Assembly (NCBI GenBank): GCA_945788225.1
Contig: CALZLD010000001.1
Span: 1 to 46,718 of the forward strand
Source: an uncultured Clostridia bacterium
GTDB taxonomy: Bacteria; Bacillota; Clostridia; Oscillospirales; Ruminococcaceae
Reading direction: 5' to 3'
Length of the DNA stretch: 46,718 nucleotides
The notes below the pieces were generated by a model that made no database searches, had not been told where the DNA came from, and saw only the letters and a program-made list of their open reading frames with translations. Every line of letters begins with the position of its first letter. Positions within the stretch are counted from its first letter, which is position 1. Below are positions 18,152 to 26,911 of this stretch, piece by piece. The position numbers and the translations under genes were made by a program.

Positions 18152-19138
18152 ATGAGTTCAGCTATTGAATATGAAAATCCCTTGCTTAAAATAGACACAA
18201 GCTTTCAGTCCTATCTTATTCTTCATTCACTTACTCCGAAGATTACATCGGAAAGCGTTAATTACGCCTTTCAGACAGAATGTCTCTCAAGGCAGTCTCT
18301 GAATAGCATCACGGGCTGGAATAAGCTTGTAAAATCAATCACCTCAACCGATATGCCCTCAGTTATGAAAAGATATTTTGACGGAGCTGTGACGGTTGAC
18401 GGTTGGAATAACACAAAAATATACGACATTGCAAAAACCTGTGCGGAAAGGTTAAAGGCGCGTCTGCCTGCCATTATGATAAACACAAAAATCCAGACGC
18501 CTGAACTTGTTGCGGTTTTTGCAGAGGGTATTGAACCCTGCATAATAATGACAAAATCACTTGTCGGAATGTGCAGTGAAGAAGAACTTGTATTTGTTCT
18601 TGCAACGGGTATTTCGAGAACGCACAACAACCACTGCATCTATAATTTTATCGCCCCGTACATAGGCTTTGCCGACGGTAACGAAAGACAGAAAAACTTT
18701 ACGCGTATCGAAAGCATACCGAAGCAGCTCAATTATATTATGACGGATTGGGCGCGCTTTGCAGATGTAACAAACGACCGCGCTGTTATGATTTGTCTTG
18801 ACGAACCCGAAAGGTTCCCGTTTATTCTCAAATCGCTGTCCGATAAGAAAATACCGCTCTTTATGAATTATGACAATGATGAGAAGTTCAAACCCGAGAG
18901 CGTTATTGACGACTATAACAAAACTGTAAAATTCACGGCGGCGAGGGACCTTAATATTCCGCCCGAAACAACAAGGGCAGAAAGAAGAATACTGTGCGCG
19001 CTTGAATTTTTAAACTGCGAAATATATTACAACTGCCGCAGCGACATCAGTTCAGAAGGCCGCGGACATATTGTAAACAAGCCGATGATAGACCTTCGTT
19101 GTGACATTATTATCGGCGCTTCCAAGGGGGTTGAGTAA
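18152..19138 (+). CDS. Hypothetical protein resembling an M48-family metallopeptidase with the HExxH and third-ligand motifs replaced (predicted pseudo-peptidase)
   Basis: 328 aa with a TAAGGAGG RBS. The segment PELVAVFAEGIEPCIIMTKSLVGMCSEEELVFVLATGISRTHNNH follows the M48 pattern (lnAFa.G..p.Ivvt.gL...l..eEl.fVLaHElgHi.n.H), but HELGH is TGISR. The downstream WARFADVTNDRA matches the E..ADr region with the Glu replaced by Ala. This is motif-level recognition only. Confidence 0.45.
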   Translation: MSSAIEYENPLLKIDTSFQSYLILHSLTPKITSESVNYAFQTECLSRQSLNSITGWNKLVKSITSTDMPSVMKRYFDGAVTVDGWNNTKIYDIAKTCAERLKARLPAIMINTKIQTPELVAVFAEGIEPCIIMTKSLVGMCSEEELVFVLATGISRTHNNHCIYNFIAPYIGFADGNERQKNFTRIESIPKQLNYIMTDWARFADVTNDRAVMICLDEPERFPFILKSLSDKKIPLFMNYDNDEKFKPESVIDDYNKTVKFTAARDLNIPPETTRAERRILCALEFLNCEIYYNCRSDISSEGRGHIVNKPMIDLRCDIIIGASKGVE

Positions 19139-19139
19139 T

Positions 19140-20912
19140 ATGGATAACGAAAAGATAACAAGTCAGTCCGCGCTCAATCTCGACAATGCGTTAAAATGTA
19201 TCGAATTTGTTCAGAACAGCTATCAGAGCCTTATCAACGACAAGGAACTCTGTGAGATTTTGGGCGATGAATTCTCTGCCAGAATGAAAGAGTGGGACAG
19301 CGTTATAACAAAGCGCCGCAACGAACCTTTTTCTCTTGTAATACTCGGAGATTTCAAGCGCGGAAAAAGTACGATAATTAACGCAATTTTAGGAAAGCAG
19401 CTTGCTCCCGTCAACGCCGCGCCCGAAACCTTTACAATCAATACGATTTCTTACGGCGAAAAGCCATCGGTAACGGCAATTCTTAAAAACGGGATTAAAA
19501 AGGAACTTACTATAAACGACCTTGTGCGTGACCGTCTTGAACAGATAATGCAGACTCTTCCCTCTCCTATTGATTATGTGGATGTGAGGGACAATGCTGA
19601 AATTCTGAAAGAGGTAAGGATAGTCGATACCCCCGGTCTTTCGGATATGAACGACCTTGATCAGCAGGTTCAGGATTATCTTATCAACGCCGACGCCGTT
19701 ATTTATGTAGCGTCTGCCCTGCTTCCGTTTTCCGAATCGGAGCAGATGTTCCTTGCAACGCATGTTGCACCGCAGAAATTCGGCAAGATATATGTTCTTG
19801 TCAATATGATTGACGCGCTCAATTCAAGAGAGGACATTGACAAAATACTCACGAGAGTAGCAAACTGCTGTCAGCAGATTGTTCCGAACGCTGTTGTTTA
19901 CGGTATCAGCGGTATCGACGAATTCAAGAGAAAGACAGACGCTCCGAGGGCCGACCTCAAAGGTTTTCAGGAGTATTATGAAACGGAATTCTTCAAGTTT
20001 GAGCGTTCTCTGCGCCGTGATATTATTACGCAGAAGGACTATCTGAGAGTTCAGCGTGTTCTCACCATGCAGGAAATAATGCTTGAAGATACCGCCGCGA
20101 GAGTTGATATGATATCCGAAGTTTCTGCTCTTGACAAGCAAAAGCTTGATACTCTTATGGAGGGTTTTCAGCAGGAAGGTGCAAATCTTAATGCAGCTAT
20201 CGAGGCAAACAGACCTAAGCTTCTTTTAAGCATTGCAGAGATGAAGCAGGAAGCTGAACGCTGGATGTATGAATTCTTCTCAAAGCTGCGTGAAGATATT
20301 GTGGCTTGCAGAAACGAAGTTACCGCAGAAGATGTTGAAGCGCATTTTCACTCCTATCTTATGGATAAAGTCGGCGAAGCTTACCGCAAATGCATCGAGG
20401 CTCACCAGGCGAGAACCGACGCTCTTATCGAAAGAATGAGCAGAGACCTTGCCAAAAAGCTGGGCATTGGCAATCTTGCCGTAAACGCCGCAAGCGGCGG
20501 AAATGTCAGCGACTATATGCGCGAAGTAAACGAGCAGGTAGCAAAGTCGGTAAAGAATGTTACGGGCAAGGGTTCGGGAACATTCCCCTCGGCTACAATT
20601 TCGTCTTTCAAGCTTATTTTAAGAACAAAGAAGCGTTCAGACATTATTGATGTTACGCTTGAAAAGTTTGACGAGATAAGAAACAGCACTGTCAAGGACC
20701 TTTCGGTTGCCTATGCAACTCTTGAAGAAAAAGCGTTAAAGCGTTTTGACAATCTTTATGAGACTCAGCTCAATATGGGCAAGGACGCTATAAATCAGAC
20801 CAAGGAAATCCTTGACAAGACCGATAATGAAAAGATGTCGAGTGTTTTTGAAAAAACAAGAACGGTTCTTGATAATGCAAGAAACGCTCTCAATGAAACT
20901 GCTTTTGTTTAA
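19140..20912 (+). CDS. Dynamin-family GTPase (bacterial dynamin-like protein), soluble partner
   Basis: 590 aa from the ATG at 19140, 1 nt after the preceding stop and behind an AGGGGG RBS. P-loop GDFKRGKSTIINAILG, G3 DTPGLSD, G4-like VNMID, and a long helical C-terminal half. No hydrophobic segment. The track ORF start at 19101 overlaps the previous gene and is less likely. Confidence 0.85.
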   Translation: MDNEKITSQSALNLDNALKCIEFVQNSYQSLINDKELCEILGDEFSARMKEWDSVITKRRNEPFSLVILGDFKRGKSTIINAILGKQLAPVNAAPETFTINTISYGEKPSVTAILKNGIKKELTINDLVRDRLEQIMQTLPSPIDYVDVRDNAEILKEVRIVDTPGLSDMNDLDQQVQDYLINADAVIYVASALLPFSESEQMFLATHVAPQKFGKIYVLVNMIDALNSREDIDKILTRVANCCQQIVPNAVVYGISGIDEFKRKTDAPRADLKGFQEYYETEFFKFERSLRRDIITQKDYLRVQRVLTMQEIMLEDTAARVDMISEVSALDKQKLDTLMEGFQQEGANLNAAIEANRPKLLLSIAEMKQEAERWMYEFFSKLREDIVACRNEVTAEDVEAHFHSYLMDKVGEAYRKCIEAHQARTDALIERMSRDLAKKLGIGNLAVNAASGGNVSDYMREVNEQVAKSVKNVTGKGSGTFPSATISSFKLILRTKKRSDIIDVTLEKFDEIRNSTVKDLSVAYATLEEKALKRFDNLYETQLNMGKDAINQTKEILDKTDNEKMSSVFEKTRTVLDNARNALNETAFV

Positions 20913-20920
20913 TAATATGA

Positions 20921-20960
20921 AAACAAGCCTGAGAAGACTGCAATCTTCTCGGGCTTGTTT
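20921..20960. terminator. Strong bidirectional terminator
   Basis: AAACAAGCCTGAGAAGA-ctgcaa-TCTTCTCGGGCTTGTTT: about a 16-bp stem with A/T-rich flanks. Sits between the convergent dynamin operon and the GNAT gene. Confidence 0.9.
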
Positions 20961-21520
20961 TATATTGTCCATTCTCCGAATATGACATTAGGCTGATTTG
21001 TGCTATGTTCTCCGATAATCTTTTCCATCCATATCATATCGTACCATTTATTGAATTTATAGCCGCACTTATGAAATGTTCCTACAAGCTTAAACCCCAG
21101 TTTCTGATGAAAAAGCATACTGTCATTTGTCAGATATTCATCTGCTTCTTGTATATATGCAATGCAAGCATTCAGGTTAAGCACGCCCATTTTGCATAAC
21201 GACTTTTCAAGAATGTCATAAAGCGCTGTTCCAACGCCTGAATGTCGTTTGTCTTTTCTGACATATATTGTTGTCTCAACAGACCAATCATAAGCGGCTC
21301 TCCCCTTAAATGCTCCCGCATAGGCATAACCCAGAATTTTGCCGCTGTTATCAACTGCTTTTATGTAAGGATATTTAGCTGATATTTTTCTTATCCGTTC
21401 TGCAAACTCCTCAACGGATGGCACTTCATATTCAAAAGAAATAGCGGTTTTTTCAACATAAGGAGCATAGATTTCCAACAGTTCTTTTGCGTCCCCTTCA
21501 TATACTCTTTCAATCTTCAA
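20960..21520 (-). CDS. GNAT family N-acetyltransferase (phosphinothricin/YncA-like)
   Basis: 186 aa. Early ISFEYEVPSVEEF motif and acetyl-CoA binding region RHSGVGTALYDILE typical of the PAT/YncA subgroup. TTG start 6 nt after a GGGGGAG RBS. Confidence 0.8.
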   Translation of the reverse strand: MKIERVYEGDAKELLEIYAPYVEKTAISFEYEVPSVEEFAERIRKISAKYPYIKAVDNSGKILGYAYAGAFKGRAAYDWSVETTIYVRKDKRHSGVGTALYDILEKSLCKMGVLNLNACIAYIQEADEYLTNDSMLFHQKLGFKLVGTFHKCGYKFNKWYDMIWMEKIIGEHSTNQPNVIFGEWTI

Positions 21521-21593
21521 TTAGTTCTCCCCCACATCCCGATTTATAAATCAGCTTATTATAACACCAAAGAATAATAAAGTCAATAAAACA

Positions 21594-21628
21594 AAAAGTC
21601 ACTTTTGAAATATCCAAAAGTGACTTTT
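21594..21628 (-). terminator. Terminator of mgtE
   Basis: AAAAGTCACTTTTG-aaatatc-CAAAAGTGACTTTT: perfect 14-bp stem, 8 nt past the mgtE stop. Confidence 0.85.
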
Positions 21629-21635
21629 ATTGTAA

Positions 21636-22991
21636 TTACAGATGTAAAAGAGCCGTTGCTGTTCCGAAATAAACAAGAAGCGAGAGAGCGTCGACCATTG
21701 TTGTAATGAATGGGCTCGCCATAACGGCAGGGTCAAAGCCGATTTTTTTTGCAAGCATAGGCAAAGAACAACCGATAACCTTTGCAACGATTACCGTAAT
21801 CACAAGAGTGAGACAAACGGTGAGAGAAATCATAATTCCCGCTCTGTCAAGCAGTATGAGCTTGACAAAATTTGCGGCGGCAAGAGTAAGTCCGCAAAGA
21901 ACGGCAACTCGGATTTCCTTCCATATAACTCTGAAAATATCCCTGAATTCAATCTCATTAAGGGAAAGTCCTCTTATGATGGTAACAGAAGCCTGACTAC
22001 CCGAATTTCCTCCCGTGTCCATAAGCATAGGAATAAATGCGGTCAATGCAACCTGAGCCGCCAATGCAGACTCAAACGATGTGATGATAAGTCCCGTAAA
22101 TGTCGCTGAAATCATAAGGAGCAGAAGCCACGGGATACGCTTTTTCCATGTTTCAAAAACGCCCGTTTTAAGATACGGCTTATCGGTAGGAGTGATAGCC
22201 GCCATCATTTCGATATCCTCGGTGGTTTCTTCTTCAATGACATCGATAGCGTCATCGAAGGTTACAATTCCGACAAGGCGTGTTTCCTTATCAACAACAG
22301 GCAAAGCCATAAAGTTGTACTTACTGAGCATCTGGGCAACTTCTTCCTGGTCGGTGTGAGTATCGACGCAGATGACATTTGTTTCCATAATGTTTTCTAC
22401 GACATCGTCATCGTCGGCAACAAGAAGGTCTTTAAGAGAAAGCATACCGATAAGAGTTCTGTTCTGGTCGGTAACATAGCAGGTGTAAATCGTTTCCTTA
22501 TCAACGCAGGTTCTTCTGATACGCTTTATCGCTTCTTCAACCGTCATCTGAGGTCTCAAACTCAGATACTCGGTAGTCATAATGCTTCCTGCGCTGTCCT
22601 CGGGATATTTGAGTATTTCGTTTATCATTTTGCGAAGCTCAGGGTCCGCCTGCTTCAAAACCCTGTTTACAACATTTGCGGGCATTTCTTCAACGATGTC
22701 AACCGCGTCGTCGACATAAAGCTCATCAACGACAGCTTTAAGCTCAGCGTCGCTGAATCCTTTAATCAGAAGTTCCTGCATATCGTCGTCCATTTCAACA
22801 AAAGCCTCTGCAGCAAGTTCCTTTGGCAGAAGTCTGAAAAGAAGCGGCAGTTTTTCCTCCTGAATATCGTTAAAAATTGCGGCAATATCGGCAGGGTTTA
22901 TCGTGTTCAAAATGTCGCGCAGAGAAGAATATTTCTTTTCTTCAAGCAAAATTTCAATGGTTGAAGAAAATCCCTTGAAATTATCCCCCAT
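21636..22991 (-). CDS. mgtE: Magnesium transporter MgtE
   Basis: About 451 aa. N-domain, tandem CBS domains and a C-terminal 5-TM MgtE channel with the PMLMDTGGNSGSQ motif. Start set at the second ATG (22991), 7 nt from AGGAGG. The first ATG (22997) is only 1 nt from the RBS. Confidence 0.93.
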   Translation of the reverse strand: MGDNFKGFSSTIEILLEEKKYSSLRDILNTINPADIAAIFNDIQEEKLPLLFRLLPKELAAEAFVEMDDDMQELLIKGFSDAELKAVVDELYVDDAVDIVEEMPANVVNRVLKQADPELRKMINEILKYPEDSAGSIMTTEYLSLRPQMTVEEAIKRIRRTCVDKETIYTCYVTDQNRTLIGMLSLKDLLVADDDDVVENIMETNVICVDTHTDQEEVAQMLSKYNFMALPVVDKETRLVGIVTFDDAIDVIEEETTEDIEMMAAITPTDKPYLKTGVFETWKKRIPWLLLLMISATFTGLIITSFESALAAQVALTAFIPMLMDTGGNSGSQASVTIIRGLSLNEIEFRDIFRVIWKEIRVAVLCGLTLAAANFVKLILLDRAGIMISLTVCLTLVITVIVAKVIGCSLPMLAKKIGFDPAVMASPFITTMVDALSLLVYFGTATALLHL

Positions 22992-23039
22992 TTTCATTCC
23001 TCCTTTACAAATTGAAAGAGAGGAAGTAATACGGACGCA

Positions 23040-23217
23040 ACCACAAAAAGCCGTTTTGCTTATATATTAAGGCGATCGGAACGAACGCCCGACAAAACGG
23101 TTTTACTGCGGCATACGCCGCTACTTCGTCCCGGTTTTCCGCCGTTACCAGCGTCCATTCCTTTCACCTCCGAATTCATCATAAGGTTAGACAAGATATA
23201 TTTTTGCCTAACCTTAT
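23040..23217 (-). promoter_or_regulatory. Structured 5' leader of mgtE; candidate M-box (ykoK) Mg2+ riboswitch with a terminator-like expression platform
   Basis: About 225-nt untranslated leader. The minus strand reads ..UUCGGAGGUGAAAGGAAUGGACGCUGGUAACGGCGGAAAACCGGGACGAAG..GCCGCAGUAAAACCG... This loosely parallels the M-box conserved blocks GGUGAGG / ACGCUGCUGCC..AAA / GACGC / GUGCUAAAGCUC. It is followed by CCGTTTTG...CAAAACGG-CTTTTTGTGG. Context (mgtE) fits. The match is by eye only. Confidence 0.45.
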
Positions 23218-23219
23218 AT

Positions 23220-23248
23220 ATTTTATCACGGCGACAAAAAAATGTCAA
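23220..23248 (-). promoter_or_regulatory. Sigma-A promoter for the mgtE leader
   Basis: On the minus strand: TTGACA (23248-23243), 17 nt, TAAAAT (23225-23220). Confidence 0.6.
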
Positions 23249-23250
23249 CG

Positions 23251-23290
23251 AAAAAAATGACCTTTTTGGCAAAATAATGTCAAAAAGGTC
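23251..23290 (-). terminator. Terminator of the ABC exporter operon
   Basis: On the minus strand: GACCTTTTTG-12 nt-CAAAAAGGTC followed by a T7 run. Starts 8 nt past the stop codon. Confidence 0.8.
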
Positions 23291-23297
23291 GATTTTT

Positions 23298-25184
23298 TTA
23301 AGAAAGTTCGAACATTCCCGTATAAAGCTGATAATATTTGCCTTTTTGTGCAATAAGCTCGTCGTGGTTTCCTCTTTCGATGATTTTTCCATGTTCAAGA
23401 ACCATTATTGCGTGGGAATTTCTTACTGTTGAAAGCCTGTGGGCGATAACAAATACCGTTCTGCCCTCCATCAGACTGTCCATTCCCTTTTCGATAAGAG
23501 CCTCAGTTCTTGTGTCGATAGAGCTTGTCGCTTCGTCAAGGATAAGCACGGGAGGGTCGGCGACCGCCGCTCTTGCGATTGATATAAGCTGACGCTGACC
23601 TTGTGAAAGATTTGCGCCGTCGGCTGTGAGCAATGTGTCATACCCCATAGGAAGATGCTTTATAAATGAATGTGCGTTTGCAAGCTTTGCCGCATTGATA
23701 CATTCTTCATCAGTAGCGTCAAGCTTGCCGTAACGGATATTGTCCATAACTGTTCCCGTGAACAGATGAGTGTCCTGCAAAACCATTGAAAGAGAACGGC
23801 GAAGGTCCGCTTTTTTGATTTTGTTGATATTTATTCCGTCGTATCTGATTTTTCCGTCGGGGACATCATAAAAACGATTGATAAGATTTGTTATCGTTGT
23901 CTTTCCCGCTCCTGTTGAGCCGACAAAGGCTATCTTCTGCCCTTCTTTCGCCCAGAGCGTTATGCCGTTAAGAACCGTCTTGTTTTCTTCATATCCGAAG
24001 TAAACATCGTCAAACTCAACATTTCCTTCAAGCTTTGTATAGGTGAGCGTGCCGTCTCCGTGAGGATGCTTCCAAGCCCAGATACCCGTTCTCTTTTCAG
24101 ACTCGGTGATTGTTCCGTCGGGAGCAATCTTTGCATTGACAAGAGTTACATAGCCGTCGTCGGTTTCGGGCTGTTCATCAATGGTGTTGAAAATTCTTTC
24201 AGCGCCTGCCATAGCTATAAGAATATTGTTGAACTGCTGTGAAATTTGAGTAATAGGCATAAAGAACGATTTTGTAAGCTGGACAAAGGTCGCAACCGTT
24301 CCGAGAGTAAGCATTCCGTTTATCGCCATTATTCCGCCCACAACAGCTGTAACGGCGTAATGCACATGCGACAAGTTGCCCATAACGGGCATAAGGATAT
24401 TCGCAAAGGTATTCGCCTTTGTTGCGGCGTCACAAAGATTTTCATTGATTTTGTCAAATTCGGATTTAACTGTATCTTCGTGACAGAAAACCTTGACAAC
24501 CTTCTGGCCTTCAATCATTTCTTCGATATAGCCGTTGACCTTGCCTATTTCTTCTTGCTGTTTCTTGAAGTACTTTCCGCTGTTTCCTCCGATTTTTCCT
24601 ATAAGGAACATTACAAGAACAAGCATAAGAACAACAAGAATTGTCAGTTGCCAGCTTAAAACAAGCATTGATACGAAAACAGCTATAACACTGAGCGTTG
24701 TTGTAAAAATCTGAGAAATACTGCTGCTGAGCATTTCACGCAGAGCGTCGACATCGTTGGTGAAACGGCTCATCAGTTCGCCGTGAGTATGTGTATCAAA
24801 GTATTTTATCGGCAGCTTTTGAAGATTGACAAAAAGCTCGGTCCTGATTTTGTGGAGTATTCTCGTTGACATATAAAGCATTGTTTTATTGAGAACGAAA
24901 GTTGATACCGCTCCGACAACATACATTGCCGCTACTCCGAGAACCGCCAGACCGAAATCTGCGATTGTGGGCGCTCCGGGAGCATTTTTGATTATCGGCT
25001 CAATATAGGTGTCAATAAGTTCTCTTAAAAACAGCGTTCCTACTACCGAAGCAGCTGAGCTGAATATCGCGCAGAAAATTGCAAGGACAAGTCTCGGTTT
25101 ATAGTCCTTGTAGTAGGAAAAGAGCCTTGAAAAAATCTTTTTCATATTTTTCGGAGCGTCGGGTGTTCTTCCTTTTTTCGGCAT
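23298..25184 (-). CDS. ABC transporter permease/ATP-binding protein (type I exporter half-transporter)
   Basis: 628 aa. Six-helix TMD followed by an NBD with Walker A GSTGAGKTT, signature LSQGQRQL and Walker B ILILDEATS. Confidence 0.9.
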   Translation of the reverse strand: MPKKGRTPDAPKNMKKIFSRLFSYYKDYKPRLVLAIFCAIFSSAASVVGTLFLRELIDTYIEPIIKNAPGAPTIADFGLAVLGVAAMYVVGAVSTFVLNKTMLYMSTRILHKIRTELFVNLQKLPIKYFDTHTHGELMSRFTNDVDALREMLSSSISQIFTTTLSVIAVFVSMLVLSWQLTILVVLMLVLVMFLIGKIGGNSGKYFKKQQEEIGKVNGYIEEMIEGQKVVKVFCHEDTVKSEFDKINENLCDAATKANTFANILMPVMGNLSHVHYAVTAVVGGIMAINGMLTLGTVATFVQLTKSFFMPITQISQQFNNILIAMAGAERIFNTIDEQPETDDGYVTLVNAKIAPDGTITESEKRTGIWAWKHPHGDGTLTYTKLEGNVEFDDVYFGYEENKTVLNGITLWAKEGQKIAFVGSTGAGKTTITNLINRFYDVPDGKIRYDGININKIKKADLRRSLSMVLQDTHLFTGTVMDNIRYGKLDATDEECINAAKLANAHSFIKHLPMGYDTLLTADGANLSQGQRQLISIARAAVADPPVLILDEATSSIDTRTEALIEKGMDSLMEGRTVFVIAHRLSTVRNSHAIMVLEHGKIIERGNHDELIAQKGKYYQLYTGMFELS

Positions 25185-25186
25185 AA

Positions 25187-26911
25187 TTACTCAGCTCCTT
25201 TCTGCTGAGAGTCAAATACCTCTCTGTAAATTTTGTTGCTTTCAAGAAGCTCTTCGTGAGTTCCGACAGCGTTAATCTTTCCGTCGTCAAGTACGATTAT
25301 CCTGTCGGCGTCCGAAGCGGATGAAATTCTCTGGGCAATGATAATTGTTGTTGTACCCGAAAGCTTTTCTCTGAAAGATTTTCTTATCTTGCTGTCGGTT
25401 GCCGTGTCAACTGCGCTTGTGCTGTCGTCAAGAATAACGATTTTAGGCTTTTTGAGAAGCGCTCTTGCTATACAAAGACGCTGTTTCTGTCCGCCCGAAA
25501 CATTTACGCCGCCCTGACCTAAATCAGTGTCGTAGCCATCGGGGAATGACATAATGAAATCGTGAGCCTCTGCCGATTTGCAGGCCTCGATGATTTCTTC
25601 GTCCGTTGCGTTTTCATTGCCCCATTTGAGATTATCGCGTATCGTTCCCGAAAAGAGAACATTCTTCTGCAAAACCATTGCAACGGAATTTCTGAGTGCG
25701 TCAAGCGAATAATCCTTGACATTTCTTCCGCCGACCTTTACCTCTCCGTCAAGAACATCATAAAGTCTTGGAATAAGCTGAACAAGAGTTGTCTTTGACG
25801 AACCTGTTCCTCCGATAATACCTATCGTTTCGCCTGATTTTATGCTGATATTGATATTTTCAAGAGTAAGCTTTTCCTTATCCTTTGAATAGCTGAAATT
25901 TACATTTTCAAATTCAACAGAACCGTCCTCAACGGTTGTAACGCCCTCTGAATTATCGGAAATATCGGTCTGTTCGTCAAAAACCTCGACAATTCTTTCC
26001 ATCGACGCCCTTGAAAGAACGAGTGTGACAAAAATCATCGAAATCATCATAAGCGATGTAAGTATCTGCATAATGTAGGTGATAAAACCGAGAAGCTCGC
26101 CCGATTGCATAGTTCCAGCTACCATAAGATTTCCGCCGAACCAGTAAACAGCAAGGGTACAACCGTATACAACAAGCATCATTATGGGCATTCCGAATAT
26201 AATAACGCCTTCTGCCTTATACTGCATATCCATAAGCTTTTTTGACGCTTCGCGGAATTTTTCGCTTTCGTGGTCTTCTCTTACAAACGCCTTGACAACT
26301 CTTATTCCGATAAGGTTTTCCTGGACGCTGGCATTAAGCGCATCGTACTTTTTGAGCATTTTTTCAAAAAGAGGAAAAGCCGTTGTCATAATGATAATAA
26401 TTGCCACTGAAAGAACCGGAATAGCAACAAGGAATATGAGCGCTAACTGAGAATTTATCCTGAAAGCCTCAATAGTTGCAATAATCAGCATTATGGGCGC
26501 TCTTACAAGAAGCCTTATAACCATCATATAGGACATCTGAGTGTTTGTGACATCGGTAGTAAGCCTTGTAATAAGGCTTGCGGTACTGAATTTGTCAACA
26601 TTGGCAAAGGAGAAATCCTGTACCTTATCAAAAAGCTTTTTTCTGACATTCTTTGCAAAGCCCATTGCCGCTTCTGCCGCAAATTTGCCCGATAATGCTC
26701 CGAACATAAGCGAAATTATTGCCATAACTACCATAACAACGCCCATTTTGGCAACATATCGGATATCGCCGTTTCGTATTCCCCTGTCGACAATCTCAAC
26801 CATAACAAGCGGAATTGTCGTTTCGAGAATAACCTCGCCGATGACCATAATCGGAGCAAGTATCGACTGTTTAAGATACTTTCCGACGCACGACGAAAGT
26901 TTTTTTATCAT
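25187..26911 (-). CDS. ABC transporter permease/ATP-binding protein (type I exporter half-transporter; partner of the downstream gene)
   Basis: About 574 aa. TMD plus an NBD with GGTGSSKTT, VSGGQKQRL and IVILDDSTSA. Start set at the ATG at 26911, 7 nt after a GGGGAGGA RBS. The stop is 2 nt before the next ABC gene start, suggesting a heterodimeric pair. Confidence 0.9.
   Translation of the reverse strand: MIKKLSSCVGKYLKQSILAPIMVIGEVILETTIPLVMVEIVDRGIRNGDIRYVAKMGVVMVVMAIISLMFGALSGKFAAEAAMGFAKNVRKKLFDKVQDFSFANVDKFSTASLITRLTTDVTNTQMSYMMVIRLLVRAPIMLIIATIEAFRINSQLALIFLVAIPVLSVAIIIIMTTAFPLFEKMLKKYDALNASVQENLIGIRVVKAFVREDHESEKFREASKKLMDMQYKAEGVIIFGMPIMMLVVYGCTLAVYWFGGNLMVAGTMQSGELLGFITYIMQILTSLMMISMIFVTLVLSRASMERIVEVFDEQTDISDNSEGVTTVEDGSVEFENVNFSYSKDKEKLTLENINISIKSGETIGIIGGTGSSKTTLVQLIPRLYDVLDGEVKVGGRNVKDYSLDALRNSVAMVLQKNVLFSGTIRDNLKWGNENATDEEIIEACKSAEAHDFIMSFPDGYDTDLGQGGVNVSGGQKQRLCIARALLKKPKIVILDDSTSAVDTATDSKIRKSFREKLSGTTTIIIAQRISSASDADRIIVLDDGKINAVGTHEELLESNKIYREVFDSQQKGAE

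Noticed and set aside
15761-20960. Whether the dynamin module is a horizontally acquired genomic island
   Set aside because: There is no flanking tRNA, integrase or direct repeat. By eye, base composition, RBS and promoter style match the neighbouring housekeeping genes. I therefore make no mobility claim, only that it is an autonomous transcription unit.
23181-23217. Perfect 10-bp hairpin ATAAGGTTAG-17 nt-CTAACCTTAT, considered as the terminator of the upstream ABC operon
   Set aside because: A better terminator with a T7 run lies at 23251-23290, directly after the ABC stop. This hairpin lacks a U-run and falls just downstream of the predicted mgtE promoter. It is more likely the 5'-terminal stem of the mgtE leader.
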